A DNA stretch of 64,000 nt from NCBI GenBank assembly GCA_013265495.1, contig MU058065.1:7750302-7814301 (forward strand). The letters are read 5' to 3'. The notes under the pieces are model-generated. The model ran no database searches and was not told the origin of the DNA. It saw nothing but the letters and a program-made list of their open reading frames with translations. This document shows, piece after piece, positions 27,850-41,844 of the stretch (position 1 is the first letter of the stretch; each line of letters starts with the position of its first letter). The position numbers and the translations under genes are program-made. The stretch comes from Vicugna vicugna (taxonomy: Eukaryota).

Positions 27850-28740
27850 CATCCTAACCACAATTTTTTAAAGTGCATTTTGGACACAAGCACCTAGGAG
27901 CAGCATCTCCTAGTCTCAGGTTGTAGTGTTAGAGGCATTTGGTGCTGCTGTCCCTACTGGTCTCTTGAGTCTACAGACATTTCACAGTGGAATGTGACAA
28001 AATTAAGAAGTGCTCACAGTTACCAAATAGCAGTCAGCAAGATTGTTAGGAAGGATGACAAATTATAGATTAAACATACATACAATATGTTCAGGAAACA
28101 TATACTAAGCAATGAAACATGCTACAGGAGTTTTGTCATTTATTTTAGGTGTAAAGTAAGCTGCAATATCTATTTCATTAAGAAATATTCTCTAAAGATA
28201 ATGACTGAAAACAGTGATGTAACACATTTAGCTACAGGAAGTACATTTACATGTTTGTGAACCATGGATCTTCATGACTGTGCATTGAGATCAAATGAGT
28301 GTTCTCCCAGCATAATTTTGCTCATTTTTAATTCCAGAATTTCTTGTATACAAACAAAAAGTGAAATAGCATCTGTTAATCTGTTGACTCTATTAGCTGA
28401 AAATGAACCTGGTAAACAGTTAAATAGTACCAGTTTTATATATCAATGTCTTTAGTTGATTCAAATACAAAATCTGAATTTTTTTTTAAAAAATGCTCAT
28501 TTTTAAAATCCAATTCATAGACTCAAATTAAAGTTTTTGAAATTTTAACCTGACATGTTTGTAAATACTTTAAATTCAATCAAAAGGTCCAACACTGAAG
28601 ATAAAATTATTTGTTTTGGTAATGGTAACACAAACACAAATTTGGGTAAAGAAATACCTGGTAAAAACAATGTTTTCACCAAATGAAAAAACTCATGGAG
28701 CAAAAATATACTTAGATTTAGTTGGACTGCATACATATGT
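27850..28740 (+). mobile_element. hAT (Blackjack-like) transposase fossil
   Basis: ORF 28264-28455 HDCALRSNECSPSIILLIFNSRISCIQTKSEIASVNLLTLLAE, plus downstream IICFGNGNTNTNLG...GKNNVFTK, resemble hAT transposase motifs; contains stops and frameshifts. Confidence 0.6.
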
Positions 28741-29099
28741 CTAAATTACTTCAAAAAGTTCTACAATTCAAATAGAAGCTATAGTTGTCAAAATATACCT
28801 TTACTAAGGTAGGAGACTGGATCTGGGAGTGAAAACAGAAGATATCTGGCAATTCCCTAAATGTCCTTCTTTAAGAGTGATTTTTAAACTATTTTTGACT
28901 ATGAATTCTTGGCTCAAATTAAATCTTACATGGAAGCCTACTATGTAAAACAGAAAAGTATACATTATGGATAAGAGATTTAGAAGCCAAAATCCCATCC
29001 CAGAGGACCCCACTGAGAACTGCTTAAAGACCATGATCTTAACAGCATGAGTTTAAATGTCTACAGAGTTCATAATCCATGTATCATAATCCATTAAAA

Positions 29100-29710
29100 C
29101 AACTGGGCATGAATTTCAAGTTTCAAGTTTTTTTCTTATTATAAACAGTATTGTGATAAACATCCTCACAGTTACATCTTGGTGTAAAACATTTTCTCAG
29201 AAAGATTACTAGAAATAGAGTAACTAGCTCAACGAGTAACAACATTTTTGTTTATTGATTTGTGTTGCCTCATTACCCCCCCACATGCTGTACATTTTAA
29301 CACTGCAATCTACAGTGCTTGAAAGTCCCAGTTTCCCCTCATTCTTGCCAACACTTGATACTATTTTTTTAAAAGATATTTTGTCACTTTTTTAGACACT
29401 TTTTAACATCTCATCGCTATTTCAATCAGAAAAGCCATTTTTTTTGTTACCACTCAGGTTGACATCTTTTCTATATGTATTTGTTGGCCATTTACGTTTT
29501 TTTCTTTAGTCATACATGTTTCTCTTTGTTATTGATTTGTAAGAGCTCTTTGTATAAAGGATATAAATAACAAGTATTTCTTGGGAGTGTTTTTTAAGGT
29601 ATTTTGAAGCATACAAGTCTTCAGTGCTCACATCTATCAATATTGGTCTTAGTGGATTTCTTCCCTTGATATCATGCTTAGAAAGTCCTTCTGCACCTCA
29701 AGATAAACTG
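29100..29710 (-). mobile_element. Ancient L1 fragment
   Basis: cattcttgccaacacttgata...ttgttggccattt...attgatttgtaagagctctttgtata. Confidence 0.7.
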
Positions 29711-31138
29711 TTCTTAAATGAGGCACTCTGATTTTTTTTCTCCTTTACTGTTAAGTAGACTTGAGAAGGAAAAAGGAAGTTGAAAAAAATCTGCGAGAAC
29801 AAAAACCAATAAAAGGGTGGGAGCGAGATCTCCCAATGTAGCCAAAAGATGTGTGTGAACTTTAGACAGAACTTTGCTGTCAGTATTGAGAGCCAGGAGG
29901 ACTTGTGAACTTGAGGAATAAAATATTCTCTTCCTATTCTCCTGCTTGAATTGGTTTAGAACGAGACAGTCATGAAAGCAGGAGAGAGGATTAGATGGCT
30001 CCCAAGGAGAAGAGCTCCCCAAAGCAGCAGGGCTCTGGTCCTAGATGTGCAAGCTTGCCTACCCCAGGAGGGCCTTCTGCCTCTCTCAGACATGGGTGAA
30101 TCCCATGCGAAATGCAAGCGTCCTAGCAATGTTAGTATCCTGGCTTAAGGAGCTCTTACTATGTGATGCCTGGAAAGTAACAGTTTGACCAAAAAGACAA
30201 AAAAAAAAAAATCCAGAAAGAGAGATAAATGGGGCAGGGGGGCCTGTGTAGGGAGGAGAATAGTTCCCCCATCCCCAATGCACCTGGCGAAGCCTCTGCC
30301 CTCAAGGGACCACTCCTCCCCCCTCCCCACCAGCTGGTGTTTTCCCATCTGCCCCCAGCCTGGCCCCAGGCCACAGACGTGGGGAGTGATGCCTATCCTG
30401 GAAGGATCTCTGCAGATGCTATTTTGATAAGACTCTAATCCTTTCCCCTCCCCTTCTCCCCCTTAACCTCTCCACCTCCAGCCAAGGCCTTTGTGTGTTT
30501 GTGTGCCTGCGTGTTTGGGGAAGGGGGTGGGATGGAGGACAGGGTAGCTTAATAACCAGCAAACACAGGCTCTGGTTTCATGGGGTGGATTAATGTGGTG
30601 AAGTGGCTGCCTGGTCCCAGCTATTGGAGCCAGGTAGAGGCTGAAGGAACAGGTTTCCTTGTCTGGCTCTCAAGCCTCTGGAAACATAACACGAGAAGAG
30701 GGGGTTGGATGGAACACTGCTGTTGATGCATCAAAAATCTTCCTCTAGGTGTATAAATAGAGATTTCATCTTCCTTCCCTACCCCACCCCCATAGAATTG
30801 CCAAATAAAATAGCATTCAGTGTAAAATTTGTATTGCATGTCAAGAGCAATGCATGGACCATACTTATACTAAATAAATATGTTTATATAAATATAAAGG
30901 TATGTATGTATCTGTACATATGTACGTATTCAGTGACATTTGCATAGGCTCAGATGGAAAGTTAGTGCCCAATCATGGCACATTAGTCCACATGCCTGGG
31001 GATTTGTGTCACAACAAGAAATGTATCCTCTGAAGAAATCATCCTGCTCCCCTCTTGCATGGAAAGGAGAGAAGTCATGAGATTGAGCATAATGTTGGAT
31101 TGGTGGCAAGTGCAAGGATGCATCAAGAAGCCATTGGA

Positions 31139-31209
31139 AAGACTATACTTTCAGGGATCATTTCTATAGTTCGTTACTAGAGAAGTTTCTCTGAACGTAT
31201 AGAGCACCC

Positions 31210-31216
<7 letters not shown>
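31139..31216 (+). pseudogene. SNORD3-like: U3 snoRNA 5' fragment (nt 1 to ~70-78), 5' part of a U3-L1 chimeric retrocopy
   Basis: AAGACTATACTTTCAGGGATCATTTCTATAGTTCGTTACTAGAGAAGTTTCTCTGAACGTATAGAGCACCCAAACCAC is nearly identical to the recalled mammalian U3 5' end (boxes A' and A plus hinges). Confidence 0.95.
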
Positions 31217-33566
<2,350 letters not shown>

Positions 33567-34669
33567 AAGCCATTGGAACAGGTTGTACAGCAGGTACATG
33601 ACCTGTATCTCTTCCTGGCTCCCCCTCAAGTCCCCATAGTCATCATAGTAAGTTCCACAAAATAAGTTTTACTGCAAGACAAAGAGACTTATGGAGGGGT
33701 GCAAACTGTAACCAAGTCACAGGCACAGGCACACAGAACATTCCAGCATCTTTCCAGAAGTCACTCTGTATCTTAATCCCCTTCACCTTTCCCCATATTC
33801 TAATCCTTTCTGAGTTCATCCCTGGCCAGTCAAGAAATCTGTTAACATCTCCTGGATTCCTTCTACTTTTGTGTTTGGTCCAAAGTGAATGATTCTCAAC
33901 TCCCCGGGCCATTTGCAGTCTATAGATTCCTTTCGGTCACTTTCCTTCTTTCAAGTCCCTAGTACCCTCTTCACTAAACACTAGAACTCCAGGCCTAAGT
34001 CCCTGAGACAGGGACACTCCTGGAGCAGCCCTGGTCTCACAATATCACAGAAGATGATGCCCTCCTCTTCACCATCAAACTGTTTTCCTTGTATGTGGCT
34101 AACATGTTTCTACTGTCCCTTCTACTGTCATTATTCTCTCCTCCCCTCAGTGCCCTTCCACAGAATCATTGTCTTTGGTCTAACGGTCCAACCCAAAGTC
34201 TTACTTATTGCCAGCCACATCCAAGAAAGTCACATGACTGATGTCTTAGACAAAGAGATGGAGCCTTGAAAGGGTCACTGGAAAGGCTCTCCAAATGCAC
34301 CTATAGCAACATATCCCCTCAGGTTATCTCCGTTGGTCCAAATTTCTTTTTTAACCAACAACTTTTAGTATTTTTCTCCTAGGCAATTAGTATATATAAG
34401 CTAATGGAGGCAAATTTGGTCACCGAGGGAAACTCTGTTCTTACAGGCTTATATACCCCCCTATAAATATTGCAGTAACATTCATTTATTTGTTTCTATT
34501 TATTCCATACACATGTAGCATTGAGGTCCCACAATGTACCAGTCTCCTGATGTAACTCTTAGAATTGTGTGTTTAGCACAATGACTACTGAGGAGATAAC
34601 AAATCTGTGAGGGTCAAAGACACAAATGCCATCATGCCTTCTGTAAATCCCAGCCTTGCTTATATCCTT

Positions 34670-34960
34670 CCTCTGCCTGGAATCTCCTTTTATCATCCAA
34701 GAAATCTAACTTATTCTTCCCAGATCCCCACGGTGAGAGGCCATTGACTTCCTCCATGCTCCACTGCCCTTGATTCCACACAGACTGCCTTGTACTAGAG
34801 GTAGCAGTGTTTGCCTGCACCCACTTCTCTAGTCATAAGCTCCTTGAGGACAAGGAGCATATTGGGTTAAATGTTGGATTTCCAATCATTGGTACAGTGC
34901 CTGATACACAGTAGCCTTATATACAGGGGCTCCATAAATATTTGCTAAATAGTGAACAAG
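34670..34960 (+). mobile_element. L2 3' end
   Basis: ctctgcctggaatctcc...taagctccttgaggacaagga...tacagtgcctgatacacagtag...ataaatatttgctaaatagtgaa. Confidence 0.75.
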
Positions 34961-35023
34961 GAATGTTTCTCCCTCATCGTGGAGTCACTATATATATATG
35001 GGTATATATATATATATACCCAT

Positions 35024-35200
35024 TCTGCAACTTACTAGTTACATGTCCTTGGGCATGTTAATTCTCTGGGCTTCAGACTCTAAGAGAAAGAACAGTACCT
35101 CTCTACAGGGCTATTGGGGAAAATGAGTGAGAAGATGCACATGAACTGCTCAGAAAAGCTCCTGATCCATGTAATCTCTCAATAAATATAATAATAATAA
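35024..35200 (+). mobile_element. MIR SINE
   Basis: tctgcaacttactagttacatgtccttgggcatgtta...gtacctctctacagggctattggg...ctcaataaata. Confidence 0.7.
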
Positions 35201-36187
35201 TGTAATTATTTCTTTTTATGTCAATACGCTGTATTCTCTTAACCCTAGGCTCTTCTCTGAAAGTGAAAAACAAGTAAGATCCTTGCCCTGAAGAAAGGCA
35301 GATCTGTTTCTGCATGTCTGCTGTGTTTCCTACTACACAGCTAAAAGAAGGTATACTAAAAATGAAATATCAGAATATTGCAAGTGGAAGGCTGTTTCTG
35401 ACTTTGTTTCGGTGGGTCTGGCAAATGGAGGCTGGAAACCATGACAACAGAGAAAGGGGGAAGGAACACTTCTGACCACTGGAGGCTAAGAATAAGGCTG
35501 TGGCAGCCTAGTATGCGGCCGTAGGGTGGCTGAGATCTGGGCCACCGGTTTTCATTTTAGAGGAAAAGTAAGTCCTGCTCTTACTTGTAGTTTCCTGTGG
35601 CAACTGCCCCTTGCCTCCTTGCTCTCCTGGTCAAAAGTTTAGTAGACCTTGACTGTAGAAATGCATGCCTCCTGCCCTGTGCCTGCCTGTGTGATTATAG
35701 GAGCACTGGGAGATAATAGGGGTCTCAGGGCTGTGAAGGACTGTATGAAACTCGGCTTGGGACCATCCAGGGAGTTCCGGCTGACAGGGCAGGCAGGGCG
35801 GGCAAAGCGCTAAGGCTGGGCGCATGCCCCCTCCAGACTGTCCCCATGCCTGCCCACCACTGTCAGCACCTGAGCCCGTGGGCCCATCCCACAGATCCCT
35901 CAGAGGCCTGGCCTGCCCATGACCCAGCCAATGATGACTAGAGTAAGAAGCAGAGTGCCATTTCAGTTGGGAGCTGATAGAGAGAGTGGAGGTAGGGTCA
36001 GAGAGGGCAGAGAGGAAGGAGTACAGTGGGGCAGGGGTGGGAGGGGAGGACAAGTTGATGGAAGGTGACAGAGGGTGCTTCTGAGAGAAATCTCCTCCAT
36101 CAGCTCTCGGTCCTTGGAGACTTTCCATTTAGTCAAAACAGAAATTTGGTTCCAAGGGAGTGCAGGAAACTTGTGGTTGTCAAAGAT

Positions 36188-36342
36188 GAAAGAAAGAAAG
36201 AAAGAGAGGAAGGAAGGAAGGAAGGAAGGAAGGAAGGAAGGAAGGAAGGAAGGAAGGAAGGAAAGGAAGGAAGGAAGGAAGGAAGGAAGGAAGGAAGGAA
36301 GAAAGGAAGGAAGGAAGGAAGGAAGGAAGGAAGGAAGAAGAA
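36188..36342. repeat. (GGAA)n/(GAAA)n polypurine microsatellite, ~155 bp
   Basis: Directly visible. Confidence 0.98.
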
Positions 36343-38869
36343 ACGAAGTTACTTTCCCATAGCTCTCTTTCCTCTTTCTTCCCTGTACCACTGCTGGATA
36401 AAATTTCATTCCAAGGGCTTCTCAGTATGAACCAAGCTGATGGCTCCGATGAATGTCTGCTACTTCCAAAGGAAACGCTCCCTGCCTGTGTGAAGCCATT
36501 AACATCGAGCATCAGGATCACTCTGCCTGCACTGCGCTCTCACACACCTGGCCAAGAGCACTGCTTTGCGGCCCCGAGTGTCCTGCTATGGTTGTTGATT
36601 GCACCCAGGGGATATTGGTGCTGGGAACCTGTAGCAGAAGGGCTCCAGGCTAGACCAGAGGACACAGCTCTGGCCAGAAGGGTTACAAGACCCTGGAGCC
36701 TTTCTTCTGGGAGAGAGGCAGCATAGGAGGAGTCATTCACACCTGCAATTGAGTGAGTCTTGGCTCAGCAAGTGACATCTCCCTCTTAAGGTCTCAGTTT
36801 CTTTAGCTGTAAAAGGGGAATAATCATCTCACATGGGAAGGGTTACTGATAGCAGAAATTCCAGTTAAACACAGCAGATCGAATACACGCATTTACCTTT
36901 AAAATGTCACAATAATGAGAATAAAGGAGCAAAGGAATGAAAGAAGCAACCATAGAAGATGAAAGGCATCACGAAGATGTTTGTAGATGGAAAACCAAAG
37001 GAGGAAGAAAGACTAACTCAGCAGAAGGGCACACAGTGGGGTGTAGTGGGGACGATGATAGCCAAGTCCATGTGGCCCCCAGGAAATCAGAACGGCTCTG
37101 AAATGGAGGTATCAAGCACTACGGAAGGAAGGGTGAAGCCTGGAGCTGGAAACACACCAATTGCTTGGAAGTCCCTAAGAAGCGAACAAACCCCAGATTC
37201 CCTTCTCCACCCCACACAGCAATGCAAGCACCTCTCCAAAGAGGTAGAGGCAAAGGTGCAGAAATGGAGCGGAATTTTACACACGCCCTCGGCTTTCACC
37301 AACACCAGTCCCTTTCCCACTAGAGCTCTCGATTGCTGGCAGCCAGATATTCACCTCCCAGGCAAGAGGGTAAAGGATTCCCTCAGGAAATGAATGGGCC
37401 TTGCAGATGTTGGTATTTGGGGGTTCCCAAGTGAAAACTCCAGCTCACAGCCAATCACTGCAGACTATAGGATCCAATGAAGTAAAACCCAACAGTCAAA
37501 AAGGGCTGCCTCGAAACACAAATTCCAGCCAGTTCTTCTTACCCTGTAAAATATAATAATGTACAAAAAAGAGCATATATTGCATCCATAGAGAGTCAAA
37601 ATAATCACAGTGAAAACACTTGCATGGAACATTTGCCTTAGGAAACAGAACCTCACCAATAACTTTGAACCCCATATGTATTCCTGCCCTATTGTCTCCT
37701 TCTCCATCTCAAAGTAACCATGATGCTGAGTTTTGTTTTAATCATTTTCTTTGCTTTTCTTTGTAATTTTACCGCACATGTATGTATCTCTCTAAACAAT
37801 GTATTGTTTAGTTTTGCCTGCCTTTGAACTTTATATAAATGGTGTCACACTGCATTTATTCTATGATTTGCTTTGTTTGCCCAGTGTTGTTTTTGAGGTT
37901 CATCCACATTGAAATGTGTATGAGAATTATTCTTTTCATTGATGTACAGAATTACATTTTAAGAAAATCCTGTAATTTATGCATCCCTTCTCTTTTCAGT
38001 GGATTTCTTATTTGTTTCTAGGCTTATGTTTTGTGTGTGTGTGTGATCAGTGATGCTTTGGTTAGTTTTGTGCAAGTCACTTACTATGTCTGTGCCTTGG
38101 ATTCTCTTGAGTATATATGTCATAGAGGTGGACCTGCTGGGGTATACATTTTTCTCATGCTAAACTTTAGTAGATAGTGTAAAATAATTCCCATGGTGGG
38201 TTTGACCAATTTACACTCCACCAGCTGTGTGAGAATTTCCTGAACTCCATGTTCTCACCAACACTTGGTATTGTCAGCTTAATTTCTGTCAATCTAGAGG
38301 ATGTGAAGTATGTTATTTTGGTTTTAAACTGCGTTTGTCTGATTACTAATGAGGTTGTACATTATTTCAAATATTTATCGGCCATAAGTACATCCTGTTT
38401 AGTAAAATGCTCATTCAATTTATTTTATCTTTTTTAAAAGTAGATTTTTTTGGTCATTTTTTGTAGTTTTTATATATTCTAAATAGTAATCTTCTGTTGG
38501 TTACATGAGTTGAAGGCAACTTCTCCCATTTATTGACTTATCTTTTTGATGTATTTTGAGAAATACAAACTCTGGTCAATTTTATCATGCTTTTCCTTTA
38601 TAGATGGTGTTTTTGTCTTTTAGAAAAAAGTGATACAGGAAAAGAGCTTTGTGACCTCAGAGCAGAGAACAATTTATTAAAGTTTTAAAGCTTTACATTT
38701 CACATTTTAGCTCTAGATTCAACTAGAATTCATTTTAAGATGTATTGTGAAGTTGTTGGCTATTTTTGATAACTGCCACTTGAAAAATGATGTTTAGAAC
38801 CACTCTTTGAAAAGTGTATCCTTTCCTAATAACCTGCCTCTCTCATGCATTGTCTAAAATGATGCACAT

Positions 38870-39085
38870 GATGCACTTAGAAATGCTTGGTACACGTGGA
38901 GCACATCATAAGAGACGTTTGTTAATTCATTTAATCCTTATTGCAACACGCTGAGGTTGGTATTACTGTTACTCTTATTCTACAGATGAGGAAACTGGAG
39001 GACAGCAGGATTAAGTGATTTGCTCAAGGTTACACACTTAATAAGCAGTGATCCTGGCTACAGAGCTGGCACTCTTAATCTCTAT
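38870..39085 (-). mobile_element. MIR SINE nested in L1
   Basis: ttcatttaatcctta...attctacagatgaggaaactggagg...taagtgatttgctcaaggttacac. Confidence 0.85.
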
Positions 39086-39087
39086 GC

Positions 39088-39410
39088 CTGCACTATCCAA
39101 TACAGTGGCCATTAGCTACATGTGGTCATTGAGCACTTGAAATGAGACTACATGACAGAGGAGCTGAAATAAGATGTACTTAAACGTAAAACATCTACTG
39201 GATTTCAAAACAGTCAAAAAATGTTAAATATCTCAAATTCATAATTTTATACTGATTGCATGTTGAAATGATATTTTTATTATAGTGGGTTAAATAAAAC
39301 ATATTATCAAAATTAAGTTTATCTGCTTCTTTTTATTTCCATTAATGTGACTATTAGAAAACTTCAAATTACATATGTGGCTTGTGTTACATTTCTACAC
39401 CGACAGCACT
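39088..39410 (-). mobile_element. MER33-like hAT-Charlie MITE
   Basis: ctgcactatccaatacagtggccattagctacatgtgg...aaattacatatgtggcttg...gacagcactg; ~320 bp. Confidence 0.8.
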
Positions 39411-39603
39411 GCTTTACATGCTACTGATTCTCCAGGTTTTCCTATATGCATGGGTTTATTTGGGGGCTTATTAATCTGTTTAAGTAATTAAGACAGTATG
39501 TTGCTAAGGTAGGGTTAAAAAGATAAATCAATGGCAAAGATTTTTGTTGATATAGAAAGAGTGACTTTCACCACCTGATTCTTCTTTGTCTAAAGTGTCT
39601 TAA

Positions 39604-39656
39604 TCAACTATACTTCAATAAAAATTAATTAATTAGTTAATTAATTAATCATTTTA
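39604..39656 (+). mobile_element. Ultra-short L1 3' terminus plus decayed A-tail
   Basis: tcaactatacttcaataaaaa plus (ATTA)n between 12-bp direct repeats AAAGTGTCTTAA (39592-39603 and 39657-39668). Confidence 0.8.
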
Positions 39657-41844
39657 AAAGTGTCTTAAAGCTTCTTACATCTTTACTATTCCACATAAGT
39701 TTCAAAATCAGCTTGTTGCGTTCCACTAAAAAACAGTTTTGGATTATTTTTGAAATTATATTAAGTAAATGGATCAATTTGGGGAGAATTGATATTGTCA
39801 TAGTATTGAATTTCCTATTCATGAATATGTATGCCACTTCATTTACTCTGGTTTTAGCAGCTTTCAAAAAAGTTTATTCTTTCCATAATGACTTACCTAA
39901 TTTCTTGTGTTAGATTTATTCTTGGATAACTTACTTGTTTTGTTGCCAATGTGAATTGTATATCGGTCTTAACTGTATTTTCTAATTACTGATTGTTTTT
40001 GTACACAAAAACACTTGAGTTTGTATACTGATACTATATTCAGCAACCTTACTAAATTCTGTAATAAAATCTAAGAATTTGTCTGCAGATTCTTTGGGGT
40101 TTTCTGTTCACTGGTCAGTCTACTCAAGTGGTAGTATTTCATTTGCAGGAAGAGAAGTCATTATCAGCTTCATTCTTAAATAAAAATAGAGAGCCAAGAA
40201 TCACAAGACATTTAAGCAAGTCTGTAAAATAAAAGATAGAGGCTAAGTCAAACAATACAAAGTGAAACTTAGAGGATACAGACAAGATACAAGAAAGGAA
40301 CAATAGAAAACGAACAAAAATAATATTGCCAGAAAGAAAAGGATTTTTTTTCTGTTACATTCATGAAATAATGAAAACAAGTTTCTATTATGAAAAAAAT
40401 CCAAGAACAGAAACAGTTCTTGGAAATTGAAGATATAAAAATAAATAGCTGAATGTAAAATTTAGTAGAAAGTTTGAAACAATTTAAAAGACAAAGAAAT
40501 CTCCTAGAAACTACACAAAATAAATAAGCACAGGGGAGGACGAGTGAAAAACAGATAAGCTTTATAGATAACCAATCTAGGAGGTTCATCATCATTAGAT
40601 AATAAAAGAGGAGCCAATATAAATAAAAACAGAGGAAAAGGAGAGGAGAAATTCATCAGAGAAATATTGCAAAGAGTTTTCCAAATCTGCTGGGAATGAA
40701 TTTTCAGAATAAAAGGGCACATTAAGTACTCAGCACAATGAACACAAAAAGACCCACTTCAAAGTCCATCAGTGTGAAGGTGCAGAATATTAAGAAGAGG
40801 ATGGTAAACATTCTTTGGCTATAAAGGTCACACATCAAGGCTGAGACTAAGAATGGCCTCACCATTCTCAACAACAACACTGGAACCTAGAAGACAGTGG
40901 AGCAGTGCTTCAATTTTCTGAGTAAAACTTACGTCCAACCTTGAATCATGTATCTAGCTGGACATTTTTAGATAGACAAGGTCTTAAAGTTTTTGATTTC
41001 CATTCATCTATCCTTTTTCAAGATGTTACTGAGTAGTTGATCAAAAAATTGGAAAATAAACTGACAAAGTGGGGGACACTTAATCCAAGAAATGGGAAAA
41101 CGTCATAGAAAAGCGGTGAAGAGAAACAGTCACAAGAAGGTGGTAGGGAAGGAAGTCCCAGAGTGACAGCTGTCCAGCAGGCCTTTCTGAGCCCGGGACA
41201 AGACCTAGGACCCCAGGTTAAAAATGCAATTGATGATAAATCAGTCCATTGGTTACATGAACGATGGTATTGAAAGCTGTTTTAGAGAGAGAGGAAATAA
41301 CAATAACTACATAAAATCTTAAGAAATAGGAAAAAAAAGACAGAAGAAATTGTTATATACTCTAGGAAACAAAGGGATCTACAAGAAGCCACAGTACTTG
41401 GATCATAAATAAATGATATTTACAGTCATAATAATATAAACACTGATCATAATTCAATAAAAGATAATTATAATTAAGGTGGTAAAATAGATGGGGTGGG
41501 GAATATAAAAGAACTAAAATATTATCCCACCTAATAGGCATTTAATAAATAATGCCTGAAATTCACAAATTGATGGTATTTAGAACAACAAAGAGATACT
41601 GCTAAGAACTAAAGTTCCTTGCCTCTAGGAAGCAGGATGACAGTGGTCAGGGGGATAATGAGGGATGATCGTTTCATTACTGTATCATCATGTTGTGCTA
41701 TCTGACTTCTTAAACTGTATGTGTGTATTAAGTTAATGGAAATTTAAATTAATCTTTATTTTTAAAAAGGATATGGAACATGGTGCTCAAAAAATATATA
41801 TATAAGCTTCCTATTCTTAAAATGCTGGCATACACCTGAGGTGT

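Larger units (their letters stand above)
37555..40110 (-). mobile_element. Ancient L1 (L1ME-like) 3'UTR and ORF2 fragment
   Basis: Antisense motifs ttgaactttatataaatgg, atttacactccaccagc, ttctcaccaacacttggtattgtcag, aatttggggagaattgata; ORF 39649-39867 is ORF2-like. Confidence 0.85.
36855..41765 (+). mobile_element. HAL1-like (ORF1-only L1 derivative), split by nested insertions at ~37555-40110
   Basis: 5' ttccagttaaacacagcagatcgaatacacgcattta; decayed ORF1-like sequence at ~40180-41050, followed by a 3' end (tgacttcttaaactgtatgtgtgtatt...) with no ORF2 in between. Confidence 0.6.

Noticed and set aside
35963..36521. ORFs with GRKE/PSFL repeats
   Set aside because: These are translation artefacts of the (GGAA)n microsatellite.
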